Program-made: the position numbers and the translations under genes
Source: Clostridia bacterium
GTDB lineage: Bacteria; Bacillota; Clostridia; Christensenellales; UBA1242
Length of the DNA stretch: 63,008 nucleotides
Assembly (NCBI GenBank): GCA_017523305.1
Contig: JAFWWV010000077.1
Span: 1-63,008 of the forward strand
Reading direction: 5' to 3'
Shown: positions 1-9,185 of the stretch, piece after piece
Position numbering within the stretch: the first letter of the stretch is position 1
Layout: each line of letters starts with the position of its first letter
Notes under the pieces: generated by a model
Seen by the model: the letters and a program-made list of their open reading frames with translations, nothing else
Told to the model about the DNA's origin: nothing
The model's database searches: none

Positions 1-1
1 A

Positions 2-1123
2 AAGTTGGCTGGCTCTAACAATCCTGTGTTTTTATTAGATGAAATTGACAAGATTACATCAGATATTCACGGGGACCCTGCTAGTGCACTATTAGAAGTA
101 TTAGATCCACAACAAAACAGTTCGTTTAGAGATAACTTCCTAGAAGTTCCATTTGATTTAAGTAAGGTTATATTTATAGCTACAGCTAACTATGCAAACC
201 AAATTCCTGCTCCACTAAAAGATAGAATGGAGATTATAAATGTAGATAGTTATACTGCACCAGAAAAGGTACAAATCGCTAAAAATTATCTATTACCTAA
301 ACAACTAAAAGAAAATGGTATAAAAGAAGATGCATTGCAAATTAGTGATGATGTGATTTATTCTATAATAAATAATTACACATACGAAGCTGGTGTAAGA
401 AATCTAGAAAGGTTGATTGCAAAGATTTGTAGACAACTTGCAGTGAAAATTGTGGCAAATCCTGCATTTGATTTTCCATGGGTTGTTACAGAAAAAATGT
501 TGCCGACCATTCTAAATGAAGCACCAGTTACTATTCATGGTGTTAGAAAACAACCAGAAGTTGGTGTGGGATACGGATTAGGTTGGAGCCCATATGGTGG
601 TAGTATTTTAACATTAGAAGGTATTTCTATAAAAGGCAAGGGAAGTCTTGTTATTACTGGAAACCTAAAAAATGTAATGAAAGAGAGCTGCCAAATTGCT
701 CATACTGTTGCTAAGAAATTTGTATTAAAGAATATAAAGAATCCTATAGATTTTTCAAAATACGATTTGCATATAAATGCTTGTGAGGGTGGAGTACAGA
801 AAGATGGTCCTAGTGCAGGTATAGTACTTACATTAGTAATGTATTCTGTACTTACAAACAAAAAGATTTCAAACAAGTTTGCCATGACTGGTGAGATAAG
901 TTTGACAGGTCAAGTATATGCAATAGGTGGTCTTAGAGAAAAATTGTATGCTTGTGTACAAAACAATATACCTAATGTAATTGTGCCTTTGGAGAATAAA
1001 AAAGATATCAAATTTATCCCTAAAGAGATTACAGAAAAATTAAACATTTGCTATGTCTCTAACTTCCAAGAAATTATTGATTTTGCAATAATCGGTGGTA
1101 GAAATGAAAGTAACAAAAAGTAG
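2..1123 (+). CDS. lon: Lon protease (LonA), C-terminal two thirds; 5' end lies outside the window
   Basis: AAA+ Walker B 'VFLLDEIDK'. C-terminal Ser-Lys protease domain with 'KDGPSAGI' and 'GGLREK'. ORF is open at the window edge and ends with TAG 1121-1123. Confidence 0.9.
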   Translation, partial: KLAGSNNPVFLLDEIDKITSDIHGDPASALLEVLDPQQNSSFRDNFLEVPFDLSKVIFIATANYANQIPAPLKDRMEIINVDSYTAPEKVQIAKNYLLPKQLKENGIKEDALQISDDVIYSIINNYTYEAGVRNLERLIAKICRQLAVKIVANPAFDFPWVVTEKMLPTILNEAPVTIHGVRKQPEVGVGYGLGWSPYGGSILTLEGISIKGKGSLVITGNLKNVMKESCQIAHTVAKKFVLKNIKNPIDFSKYDLHINACEGGVQKDGPSAGIVLTLVMYSVLTNKKISNKFAMTGEISLTGQVYAIGGLREKLYACVQNNIPNVIVPLENKKDIKFIPKEITEKLNICYVSNFQEIIDFAIIGGRNESNKK

Positions 1124-1685
1124 TTTTTATATAAGTGTTGCTAATTCTGCAAAAGCAGTAAATGATGAAAAAAATCAAATTGCTTTTGTAGGACGAAGTA
1201 ATGTAGGTAAGAGTAGTTTAATAAATATGTTGGTCAACAATTCTAAATTGTGCAAGACATCTTCTACACCAGGTAGAACAAGACTAATTAATTATTTTTT
1301 GATTAATGATAGTTTTTATTTTGTAGATTTGCCGGGTTATGGTTATGCTCAGGCTAGCAAAAAAGATGTATATGGTTGGCAAGGTCTTATAGAACCATAT
1401 CTATTGAATAATGATAGATTAAAATGTGTATGTGCATTAGTAGATGTAAGACACGATCCTACCGAACAAGATAAACAAATGATTAATTATTTGCATTATT
1501 ACCAAATACCATTTATAATTGTGGCAACAAAGTGTGACAAATTGCCAAAAAGTAAGGTAAAACCTACTTTAAGTAAACTTGCTAATAGTTTAAATGTAGG
1601 TGCCGGTAATGTGTATGGTGTAAGTAGCGAAACCAAATATGGTAAAGAAGAACTACTTTCAAAACTTGATCAATTTTTAAATTAA
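1104..1685 (+). CDS. engB: Ribosome-biogenesis GTPase EngB/YsxC
   Basis: G1 'GRSNVGKSS', G3 'DLPGYG', G4 'TKCDK'. Lies directly after lon, as lonA-ysxC does in Bacillus. ATG 1104 follows GGTGG; the track's GTG at 1095 is less likely. Confidence 0.85.
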   Translation: MKVTKSSFYISVANSAKAVNDEKNQIAFVGRSNVGKSSLINMLVNNSKLCKTSSTPGRTRLINYFLINDSFYFVDLPGYGYAQASKKDVYGWQGLIEPYLLNNDRLKCVCALVDVRHDPTEQDKQMINYLHYYQIPFIIVATKCDKLPKSKVKPTLSKLANSLNVGAGNVYGVSSETKYGKEELLSKLDQFLN

Positions 1686-1695
1686 TAAATTAAAG

Positions 1696-1731
1696 ACAAA
1701 CACTAATTATATTTTGGTGTTTGTTTTTTTT
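1696..1731 (+). terminator. Intrinsic terminator after engB
   Basis: ACAAACAC (1696-1703) pairs with GTGTTTGT (1717-1724), followed by a T-run. Confidence 0.7.
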
Positions 1732-1803
1732 GTGTGTCAAAAATAAGATAAAAAAACATATATTAAAATATGCAGGCTTAAATTTTTAGGAGGTAAAAGA
1801 TTT

Positions 1804-2460
1804 ATGTCATTTTATTCGGGAAGTAGAAATTCTAGTTGTCCAGGTCCTATTACAGGCAATCCACTAAGTGGTTTGTGTGAGAAGGCATGTATACATACAA
1901 AGAAAGTTTTTGATGCTTGTCTAAGGCAAATGCAAGAAAATAATGTTCAAGTAACGGTAACTGATTATACACCAGCAGATCCTGCTCAACCACTAACTTT
2001 TGTAAGTGCTACAACTTTTCCAAATCAAACTACAATCAACAATTTGGTCGTAGATAGATTTGATGACAAACCTTGTTTTGCGAGAGTGAGTGGTACTGTT
2101 ACTGTGCCGGTACAGATTAGCTATACAGATGCTAATGGTGTAGCTGGTACTGCAACTGGTGAGATTAGTGTAAATACTGATGTTGTACTATATGTGCCAC
2201 AGCCTAGTGTGGTTCCATTTACAATAGAAGCTTATCTAAATGCACTTAGTCCAGATGGCGAATATGTGGGTGATGGTGTGTTTAATTTAGACTTCTGTTT
2301 GTCTCTAATTCTCAGGGTGATTGTTGAGGCAGAACTATTAGTGCCTACTTATGGATATTGTCCTATTCCACCTTGTCAGGAATACACCCAAGATGTATGC
2401 TCAGGTTTTTTTGAACTGCCATTGTATCCTGTACAACAAAATGTTTGCCCATCAAATTAA
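1804..2460 (+). CDS. Hypothetical Cys-containing protein, function unknown
   Basis: 218-aa ORF with AGGAGG 8 nt upstream, flanked by terminators. I recognise no motif. Confidence 0.55.
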   Translation: MSFYSGSRNSSCPGPITGNPLSGLCEKACIHTKKVFDACLRQMQENNVQVTVTDYTPADPAQPLTFVSATTFPNQTTINNLVVDRFDDKPCFARVSGTVTVPVQISYTDANGVAGTATGEISVNTDVVLYVPQPSVVPFTIEAYLNALSPDGEYVGDGVFNLDFCLSLILRVIVEAELLVPTYGYCPIPPCQEYTQDVCSGFFELPLYPVQQNVCPSN

Positions 2461-2467
2461 AGTTAAG

Positions 2468-2499
2468 GATAGAAAGATTGAATTCTTTCTATCTTTTTT
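2468..2499 (+). terminator. Intrinsic terminator
   Basis: GATAGAAAG / CTTTCTATC stem with an 8-nt loop and a T-run. Confidence 0.75.
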
Positions 2500-2660
2500 G
2501 TTTTTATTATATAAATAATAAAATTTTATTTTAGTATTGAAACTGTACTATTTTTGTAGTATAATCTTTACAGAAAATCAAATTTGTTTTGATAAGTTTT
2601 ATTTTGCTTTTCAAAACATTTATTACAATTTGTATTGCAAATACTTGGTGGGAGGTAGTT

Positions 2661-4139
2661 ATGTTCAAACAATTTATTTCAAATGATTTAAACGAACCTT
2701 TAGAAATTTTAGAGTGGATTAACTGCAGATTGATGGAAGCAAACTATCAATATCGTGAAATGCAAGCTAAGAAAAGAGAAGGTGTTGTAGATAGTAGAAC
2801 TGTTCAATATTTTAGTGATAAGATTGACTTTTACAAAGATTGCAGAACTCAACTAACAGAGCAAGTGTATGCTACCTATGCTCAAGATATGTTGGTAGCA
2901 GACAAAAATGTTGCAAAAATGAAAAGTGTTCTATGGGACGAATTTAAGAAAAGATATCCTGAATGTACAAAGAAGTTTGATGAAGTATTTGTACATGGCA
3001 TAGGTGTGTACAAACCATTTATGCTTGATTTTGCAAACAATGCAAAGAAACCTATCCCTGGATTTAATCCTTTAAACTCTGCATTTATTGCATACACTAT
3101 GGTTTCTATGGAAAGAGAAAAAATAGAGAGTTTTAAAACATTGTTTGATGGTATTCACAGTGAAGTGGGCGACTATGGTGCTAAACCATTTGTGTACAGA
3201 GAATTAGATAAAGAATTAGTTGGTGCTCCTATCTGGGCAATTAATGAAATTCAAAAAGCCATCGAAAAGAGTTTCCCACAAGCTAAAAAGAGCATTTTGA
3301 AATATACTATGGATGTTCAAAAGTTAAAAACTAAATTAGCTAGAGACCCACAAAACAAAGATTTGGCTAGAGAATACAACAAAGCTTATGATGAATTAGA
3401 TAACTATACTAGATTGGTAGAACAATACGAAAAACTTGCTTATAGTGTACAAAGTCCACAATCAAGAATCAAAAATGCTACAAACAAAGGTGCATTCTGT
3501 GGAATGGTTAATCGTGGATACGAGATTATGAGTGAATTGTGGCTAGGTGTTCCAAAAAATATAAGAAAGTATACTGTAAAAAGAGACAGAATTATTTGTC
3601 ACACACAAGAAATTGATGATATTGTAGATGCAGGCAAATACTGTATAAATACAGCAGAAGCTAGTATGGCATTAAATGCTTATATGGGTAAAACCACTGA
3701 GTTTGAGTTGTTTAATTACGAATATTCTAAACAGTTGATTAAGCATATGGCTAAAAATGAAGCAGAGCTAAGTATGCAAGAAAGGGATTTTAAAAGAGAC
3801 CTAAGTATACTAATCGACAAAGAAGAAGTTAGAGAAGCAAAACAAGATGTTTTAGATCAAATTAGAGATGTAAAAAATGGTTACAAAACAACCAGATTTA
3901 ATACTCCATTTGGTGTAGTTACTTATAGAAATGGTAAGCTTGTAAACATATATACAAAGGAAGAATATCCTGTATCAAAAGTAGACGAATATGTATATGA
4001 TGGTAAGGGATTAATCTTTAAAGTAGACGAAAATGAAGCTATTTTGGGTATAAAGAAATACGACGATATGGAAAGAGAGCTTGCTATTCAACAAAAACAA
4101 GCACAACTAACAAAGACAACAACTAAATCTCAAAAATAA
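2661..4139 (+). CDS. Hypothetical protein (492 aa), function unknown
   Basis: ATG 2661 is preceded by GGTGGGAGG. The upstream extension to 2589 is hydrophobic junk without an RBS. No recognisable motif. Confidence 0.6.
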   Translation: MFKQFISNDLNEPLEILEWINCRLMEANYQYREMQAKKREGVVDSRTVQYFSDKIDFYKDCRTQLTEQVYATYAQDMLVADKNVAKMKSVLWDEFKKRYPECTKKFDEVFVHGIGVYKPFMLDFANNAKKPIPGFNPLNSAFIAYTMVSMEREKIESFKTLFDGIHSEVGDYGAKPFVYRELDKELVGAPIWAINEIQKAIEKSFPQAKKSILKYTMDVQKLKTKLARDPQNKDLAREYNKAYDELDNYTRLVEQYEKLAYSVQSPQSRIKNATNKGAFCGMVNRGYEIMSELWLGVPKNIRKYTVKRDRIICHTQEIDDIVDAGKYCINTAEASMALNAYMGKTTEFELFNYEYSKQLIKHMAKNEAELSMQERDFKRDLSILIDKEEVREAKQDVLDQIRDVKNGYKTTRFNTPFGVVTYRNGKLVNIYTKEEYPVSKVDEYVYDGKGLIFKVDENEAILGIKKYDDMERELAIQQKQAQLTKTTTKSQK

Positions 4140-4147
4140 TACAAATA

Positions 4148-4174
4148 AAAGCACCAAAATTTGGTGCTTTTTTG
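4148..4174 (+). terminator. Intrinsic terminator
   Basis: AAAGCACCAAA / TTTGGTGCTTT hairpin plus a T-run. Confidence 0.8.
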
Positions 4175-4282
4175 TTTATATTGTAGAAAAGTAAATCATT
4201 AAAAATCAACTTTGTTGTATGCTTATTAATTTGATTTGAAAAAGTTGTCAAAATTTGTTAAAATAATAAGTGGAGATAACTT

Positions 4283-4978
4283 ATGAAAATTTATGCAATT
4301 TCGGATTTACATTTGAGTATTAATAGTAATAAGCCTATGAATATTTTTGGACCAGCTTGGGACAACTATATCGAAGAAATTCGTGAGAGTTGGGAACAAG
4401 TTGCAGAGGAAGATATTGTTCTTATTTCTGGCGATTTGTCGTGGGCGATGAAGCTAGAAGATGCTGTGCCAGATATTGAGTATATAGCAGGTTTAGGAAA
4501 GGGCAGAAAGGTCGTAATAAAGGGAAATCATGATTACTGGTGGAGCAGTATATCTAAGCTAAGAAATCTATTGCCTGTAGGTATGTATGCTCTTCAAAAT
4601 GATGCTGTCAAATTTGGTGAATATATCATATGTGGTACTAGAGGTTGGACTGTGCCAGAACAATCACACAAAACTAGTGATGATGAAAAAATTTACAACA
4701 GAGAAGTTCTTAGATTAGAACTTAGTTTGCAAGAAGCCAAAAGATTGCAAACTAACAATGAAAAGATAATAGTAATGATGCACTATCCACCATTTAATAG
4801 TAAATTAGAAGATAGTGATTTTACTAAATTGCTAGAAAAATATGAGATTTCTACAGTTGTGTATGGACACTTGCATTCATATGATAAAAAACAACAATTG
4901 ATAGCTTGCAAAAATGATATAAAATATTATTTGACTAGTTGTGATCTAATAGGAAATAAACTTATAGAGATAAAATAA
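4283..4978 (+). CDS. Calcineurin-like metallophosphoesterase
   Basis: Ordered metallophosphoesterase motifs 'SDLHLS', 'SGDLSW', 'GNHDYWW', 'MHYPP', 'YGHLH'. GGAG RBS. Confidence 0.8.
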   Translation: MKIYAISDLHLSINSNKPMNIFGPAWDNYIEEIRESWEQVAEEDIVLISGDLSWAMKLEDAVPDIEYIAGLGKGRKVVIKGNHDYWWSSISKLRNLLPVGMYALQNDAVKFGEYIICGTRGWTVPEQSHKTSDDEKIYNREVLRLELSLQEAKRLQTNNEKIIVMMHYPPFNSKLEDSDFTKLLEKYEISTVVYGHLHSYDKKQQLIACKNDIKYYLTSCDLIGNKLIEIK

Positions 4979-5003
4979 AATGGTGCAAAATTGCACCATT
5001 TGT

Positions 5004-5079
<76 letters not shown>

Positions 5080-5085
5080 GACTAT

Positions 5086-5111
5086 GAAACCCCATAGGGG
5101 TTTCTTTTTTT
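5086..5111 (+). terminator. Intrinsic terminator after the tRNA
   Basis: GAAACCCC-ATA-GGGGTTTC followed by T7. Confidence 0.85.
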
Positions 5112-5214
5112 ATTCATTGGAAATTTTTAATTTTGCATAAACATTCCTCAACATTATTATTTTTATGGTTATTTTGACCATATTATTGTATAAAAATTAA
5201 TAAAAATTTATAAA

Positions 5215-5268
5215 AATGGATAGAAGTGGTCAAAAGTGGTTGTAAGTGGTTGATAAAAGTTGTATAAT
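5215..5268 (+). promoter_or_regulatory. dcw promoter with MraZ operator repeats
   Basis: AAGTGGT at 5224-5230, 5234-5240 and 5244-5250 (exact 10-bp phase), plus a degenerate AATGGA at 5215-5220. -35 TTGTAA 5240-5245, 17-nt spacer, -10 TATAAT 5263-5268. Confidence 0.7.
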
Positions 5269-5299
5269 GAAGATGTCAAATTATAAAAGGAGTAACTGT

Positions 5300-5719
5300 A
5301 TGTTCTTTGGTGAATATTCACATGCCCTAGACGAAAAGGGTAGAATAAGAATTCCATCTAAGCTTAAAGCAGGCTTAGGCGAATATGTAGCTACCAAAGG
5401 TGTAGACAACTGCATCTATATTTTCAGCAAGTCATATTTCGAAAATGAATTCCTAGATAGTATCAATAGAATATCTGCCTATGCTTTGAATGGTCAAAAT
5501 GCAGTAAGAGCTATTTTGAGTTCTACATTCGAAGTGGAAGAAGACAATCAAGGTAGATTTGTTATTCCTGCTAGTTTGAGAGAATTTGCAGGCATTACCA
5601 AAAATGTCGTTTCTGTAGGTGTGGGAAAACGAATTGAAATTTGGGACGAGCAAACTTGGAAAAATTACAATAATCAAACAAGTTTTGCTGATGCAATCAA
5701 AGAGTTGAATAACAACTAA
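5300..5719 (+). CDS. mraZ: Transcriptional regulator MraZ
   Basis: 'MFFGEYSHALDEKGRIRIPSKL' and a second 'DNQGRFVIPASLR' half, the duplicated SpoVT/AbrB-like MraZ signature. AAGGAG lies 7 nt upstream of ATG 5300. Confidence 0.9.
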   Translation: MFFGEYSHALDEKGRIRIPSKLKAGLGEYVATKGVDNCIYIFSKSYFENEFLDSINRISAYALNGQNAVRAILSSTFEVEEDNQGRFVIPASLREFAGITKNVVSVGVGKRIEIWDEQTWKNYNNQTSFADAIKELNNN

Positions 5720-5721
5720 AA

Positions 5722-6657
5722 ATGGAAGAACATTGTTTTAAACACACACCGGTATTACTAAATGAGTGCTTAGATGGGTTAAATATTAAACCTGACGGCA
5801 TATATGCTGATGGCACTTTAGGTGGAGCTGGCCATAGTTTACGAATAGTGGAGAGATTAAAAAGTGGTAAACTAATAGCCATAGACAAAGACGATACAGC
5901 TTTGAGTGTGTCAAAAGAAAGACTTAAAGATTTTGAAAATGTTGTCTTTGTAAAATCGGACTTTAAAAACTTTAAAAAGATTGCTACCGATTTGAACCTA
6001 GATGGAGTAGATGGTATTCTACTAGATTTAGGGGTTTCTAGTCATCAAATAGATACTCCGGAGAGAGGGTTTTCGTATAGATTTGATGGTAGTCTAGATA
6101 TGCGAATGGATTATTCTCAAGGTATCACAGCATTTGATGTGGTAAATAATTATAGCGAAGCAGATTTGGCTAGAATTATATATACTTATGGTGAAGAGAA
6201 TTTTTCTAGAGCAATTGCTAGAAAAATAGTTGAAACTAGAAAAACAAAACCTATTTCTACTACAATGGAACTAAAAGAAATTGTAGAGGCTGCAATTCCT
6301 AAGAAATTTCATGGTGCTGGTAGCCCATGCAAAAAGACATTTCAAGCTATTAGAATAGAAGTTAATGGTGAACTAGATGGATTAGATATTGCACTTAAGG
6401 AAATGGTTGAATGTCTAAACAAGGGTGGTAGGTTGGCAGTAATTACTTTCCATAGTCTAGAAGATAGGATAGTAAAAAATGTTTTTAAAGAACTAAGCAC
6501 AGATTGTATATGTGATAAGACCATTCCTATATGTGTATGTAATCACAAAGCTACTGTAAAACTAGTGAATAGAAAGCCTATAGTAGCAACAAATACAGAA
6601 CTTAAAGAAAACAAAAGAAGTTCTAGTGCAAAATTAAGAGTAATAGAAAAATTATAA
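5722..6657 (+). CDS. rsmH: 16S rRNA (cytosine1402-N4)-methyltransferase RsmH
   Basis: 'HTPVLL', 'DGTLGGAGHS', 'DLGVSSHQID', 'FHSLEDR'. Canonical position after mraZ. Confidence 0.92.
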   Translation: MEEHCFKHTPVLLNECLDGLNIKPDGIYADGTLGGAGHSLRIVERLKSGKLIAIDKDDTALSVSKERLKDFENVVFVKSDFKNFKKIATDLNLDGVDGILLDLGVSSHQIDTPERGFSYRFDGSLDMRMDYSQGITAFDVVNNYSEADLARIIYTYGEENFSRAIARKIVETRKTKPISTTMELKEIVEAAIPKKFHGAGSPCKKTFQAIRIEVNGELDGLDIALKEMVECLNKGGRLAVITFHSLEDRIVKNVFKELSTDCICDKTIPICVCNHKATVKLVNRKPIVATNTELKENKRSSSAKLRVIEKL

Positions 6658-6679
6658 ACTTTGAAAGGGAGGTATAGAT

Positions 6680-7258
6680 ATGGCTGCATACAAAAGAGTA
6701 GTTTTAACTGAAAAAGCTAATAGTGTGCCTACATCAAATGATGATGTGCAAAATCAAATGAACAAATTTGATAATACCTATACTTCTACAAAGTTAAATG
6801 ATTTGTATAAAGAGTTTGATTCTATTACATTTGGTACAGATGTAGTTAATTCTACTATTGTAAAAGAAAATGTAGTAGCAGAAACTAAGCCTTATGCTAC
6901 ACTAAAAACAACAGTATATTTGACAGCTGCTGTTATAGTGACTATTTTACTAGCATTTTTGGCTATATATAATATTTTTGTAATAAATAATTTAAATTCT
7001 AACATACAATTATTGCAAGGAGATGTGGCAGAAGCTCAATCACAACTTGAAACTGTAAGATTAGAAAATTTACAATTAACTCAACAAGAAATGGAACAAT
7101 TAATACAAGGAACCTTGTCTGGTAATTATGGTGATATTGCAACAAACGGTGCTATAGCTGTAGAATTGTTGAAAGTTACACCACAAGTAGAGCCAGAAGT
7201 TGAGACAAATTGGTTTGATCAAGTATGCACATTTGTTAGTTCAATATTTGGGGGTTAA
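6680..7258 (+). CDS. ftsL: FtsL-like cell-division protein (single TM plus coiled coil)
   Basis: Positional call between rsmH and the PBP. One TM helix ('VYLTAAVIVTILLAFLAIYNIFVI') followed by a leucine-rich coiled coil. The sequence itself is not diagnostic. Confidence 0.55.
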   Translation: MAAYKRVVLTEKANSVPTSNDDVQNQMNKFDNTYTSTKLNDLYKEFDSITFGTDVVNSTIVKENVVAETKPYATLKTTVYLTAAVIVTILLAFLAIYNIFVINNLNSNIQLLQGDVAEAQSQLETVRLENLQLTQQEMEQLIQGTLSGNYGDIATNGAIAVELLKVTPQVEPEVETNWFDQVCTFVSSIFGG

Positions 7259-7261
7259 ACC

Positions 7262-8839
7262 TTGTATAACAATTCAATAGTTAGTTTACAAAAGAGATTA
7301 TTGGCAATATTTTTGCTTATAATCTCTATTTTTTTTGTTTTGATAGTTAGAATATTTACTTTGCAGGTTATCAAAAGTGATTGGTTACGGGCAAAAGCTG
7401 CTAGTCAGTGGACTAGGGATTTACCTATAAATGCTAAAAGAGGTAGTATTTTGGACTGTAATGGTGCAAAACTAGCCGAAAGCTATTCTACATACGATGT
7501 CTATGTAAGGGCTAGTATGGTTAATGAGCCTGTCAAAGTAGCACAACTATTGTCCAAAACTATCGGTCTAGATTACGAAGATACATTCAAAAAAGTTACT
7601 AATGTGATGGTGAGTGAGTCTTTGATTAAATTGCAAGTAGAAAATTCTGTAGCTCAAAAGCTTATAGATAGCAACCTAAAGGGTATTATGCTTAGCGAAA
7701 ACTCAAAAAGGTTTTATCCATATGGCGATTTGCTGACACAGGTGCTGGGATTTACCACTATAGATAATGTAGGACAAGCAGGTGTTGAATTGTATGCTGA
7801 TAAGTACTTACAAGGTATCAAAGGGTATGCTTTGGAGGAAAGTGATGTAAATGGAGTAAAAATAGACAATACACTAAGTACATATATACCTAGTGTAGAT
7901 GGTTGCGATGTAAAACTAACCATAGATGTAAATATTCAAAAAATAGTGGAAAATGCTCTAAAAGTGCTTTGTGAAGAGCAAAAACCTAAAACAGCAACAG
8001 CTATAGTGATGAATCCTAATTCTGGTGAAATAGTGGCTATGAGTAGCAAACCAAGTTTTAATCTTAACGAACCACCTAGAGACAATGTACAAAATCTGCT
8101 AAGTACTGTAAAGAATTTGAGCATAGTAGATGTATATGAGCCGGGCTCTACATTTAAAGTTTTGACTACAGCTACTGCTATAGAAGAGAAAGTAACTACA
8201 CCAAATGAGGGGTTTTATGACCCAGGATATAGAATTGTAGATGGTGAAAAGATTAAATGTTGGAAGCTAATAGGTCATGGTCAACAAACTATGACAGATG
8301 GACTATGTAATAGTTGCAATAGTGTATTTGTAGATTTAGCACTTAGATTAGGAACTGACAAAATGTATGAGTATTTCAAAAAGTATGGATTTGGTTCGCC
8401 ACTAGGTGTAGATTTTAGTGGTGAAGCTGGTGGTATACTTATGAACAAGGATAATGTAAAAAGGGTGGACTTGGCTAGAATGGGGTTTGGTCAGGCAATA
8501 GCTGTTAGCCCAATACAACTAATTTCTAGTATATGTAGTGTACTAAATGGTGGTAAATTGTATAAACCATATTTTATAAGCGAAGTATCTAGTAGTACGG
8601 GAGATTTGGTTGCTAGAAATACACCTGAGGTTTTAAACAATACTATCAGTGAAAGCACTAGTGCTACCATTAGAGAAATGATGGAGAGAGTAGTAACAAA
8701 GAGTAATGCTATCAATGCTTTCATACCTGGTTATAGAGTAAGTGGCAAAACAGGTGTCTTACCCATTTATTACACGGTAGAAAATAATAATAAAACACAT
8801 ATCTTATTGATATGTGTTTTTTTTATTGTGAACTTCTAA
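7262..8839 (+). CDS. Class B penicillin-binding protein (FtsI/PBP2B/SpoVD-like), reading frame disrupted right after the KTG motif; probably interrupted or truncated
   Basis: N-terminal TM, then transpeptidase motifs SxxK 'STFK', SxN 'SCN' and 'SGKTG' (8741-8755). From 8756 the frame reads 'VLPIYYTVENNNKTHILLICVFFIVNF' through an AT-rich stretch and a terminator hairpin. The expected post-KTG strands, helix and PASTA domains are absent. TTG start. Confidence 0.8.
   Translation: MYNNSIVSLQKRLLAIFLLIISIFFVLIVRIFTLQVIKSDWLRAKAASQWTRDLPINAKRGSILDCNGAKLAESYSTYDVYVRASMVNEPVKVAQLLSKTIGLDYEDTFKKVTNVMVSESLIKLQVENSVAQKLIDSNLKGIMLSENSKRFYPYGDLLTQVLGFTTIDNVGQAGVELYADKYLQGIKGYALEESDVNGVKIDNTLSTYIPSVDGCDVKLTIDVNIQKIVENALKVLCEEQKPKTATAIVMNPNSGEIVAMSSKPSFNLNEPPRDNVQNLLSTVKNLSIVDVYEPGSTFKVLTTATAIEEKVTTPNEGFYDPGYRIVDGEKIKCWKLIGHGQQTMTDGLCNSCNSVFVDLALRLGTDKMYEYFKKYGFGSPLGVDFSGEAGGILMNKDNVKRVDLARMGFGQAIAVSPIQLISSICSVLNGGKLYKPYFISEVSSSTGDLVARNTPEVLNNTISESTSATIREMMERVVTKSNAINAFIPGYRVSGKTGVLPIYYTVENNNKTHILLICVFFIVNF
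8792..8824. terminator. Bidirectional hairpin at the backbone/island junction
   Basis: Perfect 10-bp stem AACACATATC (8794-8803) / GATATGTGTT (8809-8818). An A-run lies upstream and a T-run downstream. Confidence 0.7.
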
Positions 8840-9061
8840 CAATTTATGTAATCGTTCAAGCTGTTCTGGATTTGGTTGGGGGATTGTATCTTTGTGCTTT
8901 TCCGCTTCGTTCCAAAGATATTCTAAAACATAATTAGGGAATTTCTTTTTTAAATTTTTATTTAATAATTTTTCATCATTAAATTCTAATGCAATTTCCA
9001 TTTGAACTTTGTCTTTTGCCAACCAAGTTTCAGCTTTAAGCTTTCTTTTTATTTCATTCAT
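8804..9061 (-). CDS. Small hypothetical protein (85 aa)
   Basis: ATG (complement of 9059-9061) is preceded by AGGGGG. 'MNEIKRKLKAETW...'. No recognisable motif. The stop sits in the hairpin loop. Confidence 0.45.
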   Translation of the reverse strand: MNEIKRKLKAETWLAKDKVQMEIALEFNDEKLLNKNLKKKFPNYVLEYLWNEAEKHKDTIPQPNPEQLERLHKLLEVHNKKNTYQ

Positions 9062-9185
9062 CTTTTGAACCCCCTTATATACTAATGTTGTAAGTAGGGC
9101 AAAAAATATCAAAAAAATTAAAATTTCTTTAAAAAATTTTGGTTTGGCATATATTTATGTCGAAATTTATGTTATAATATATGAT

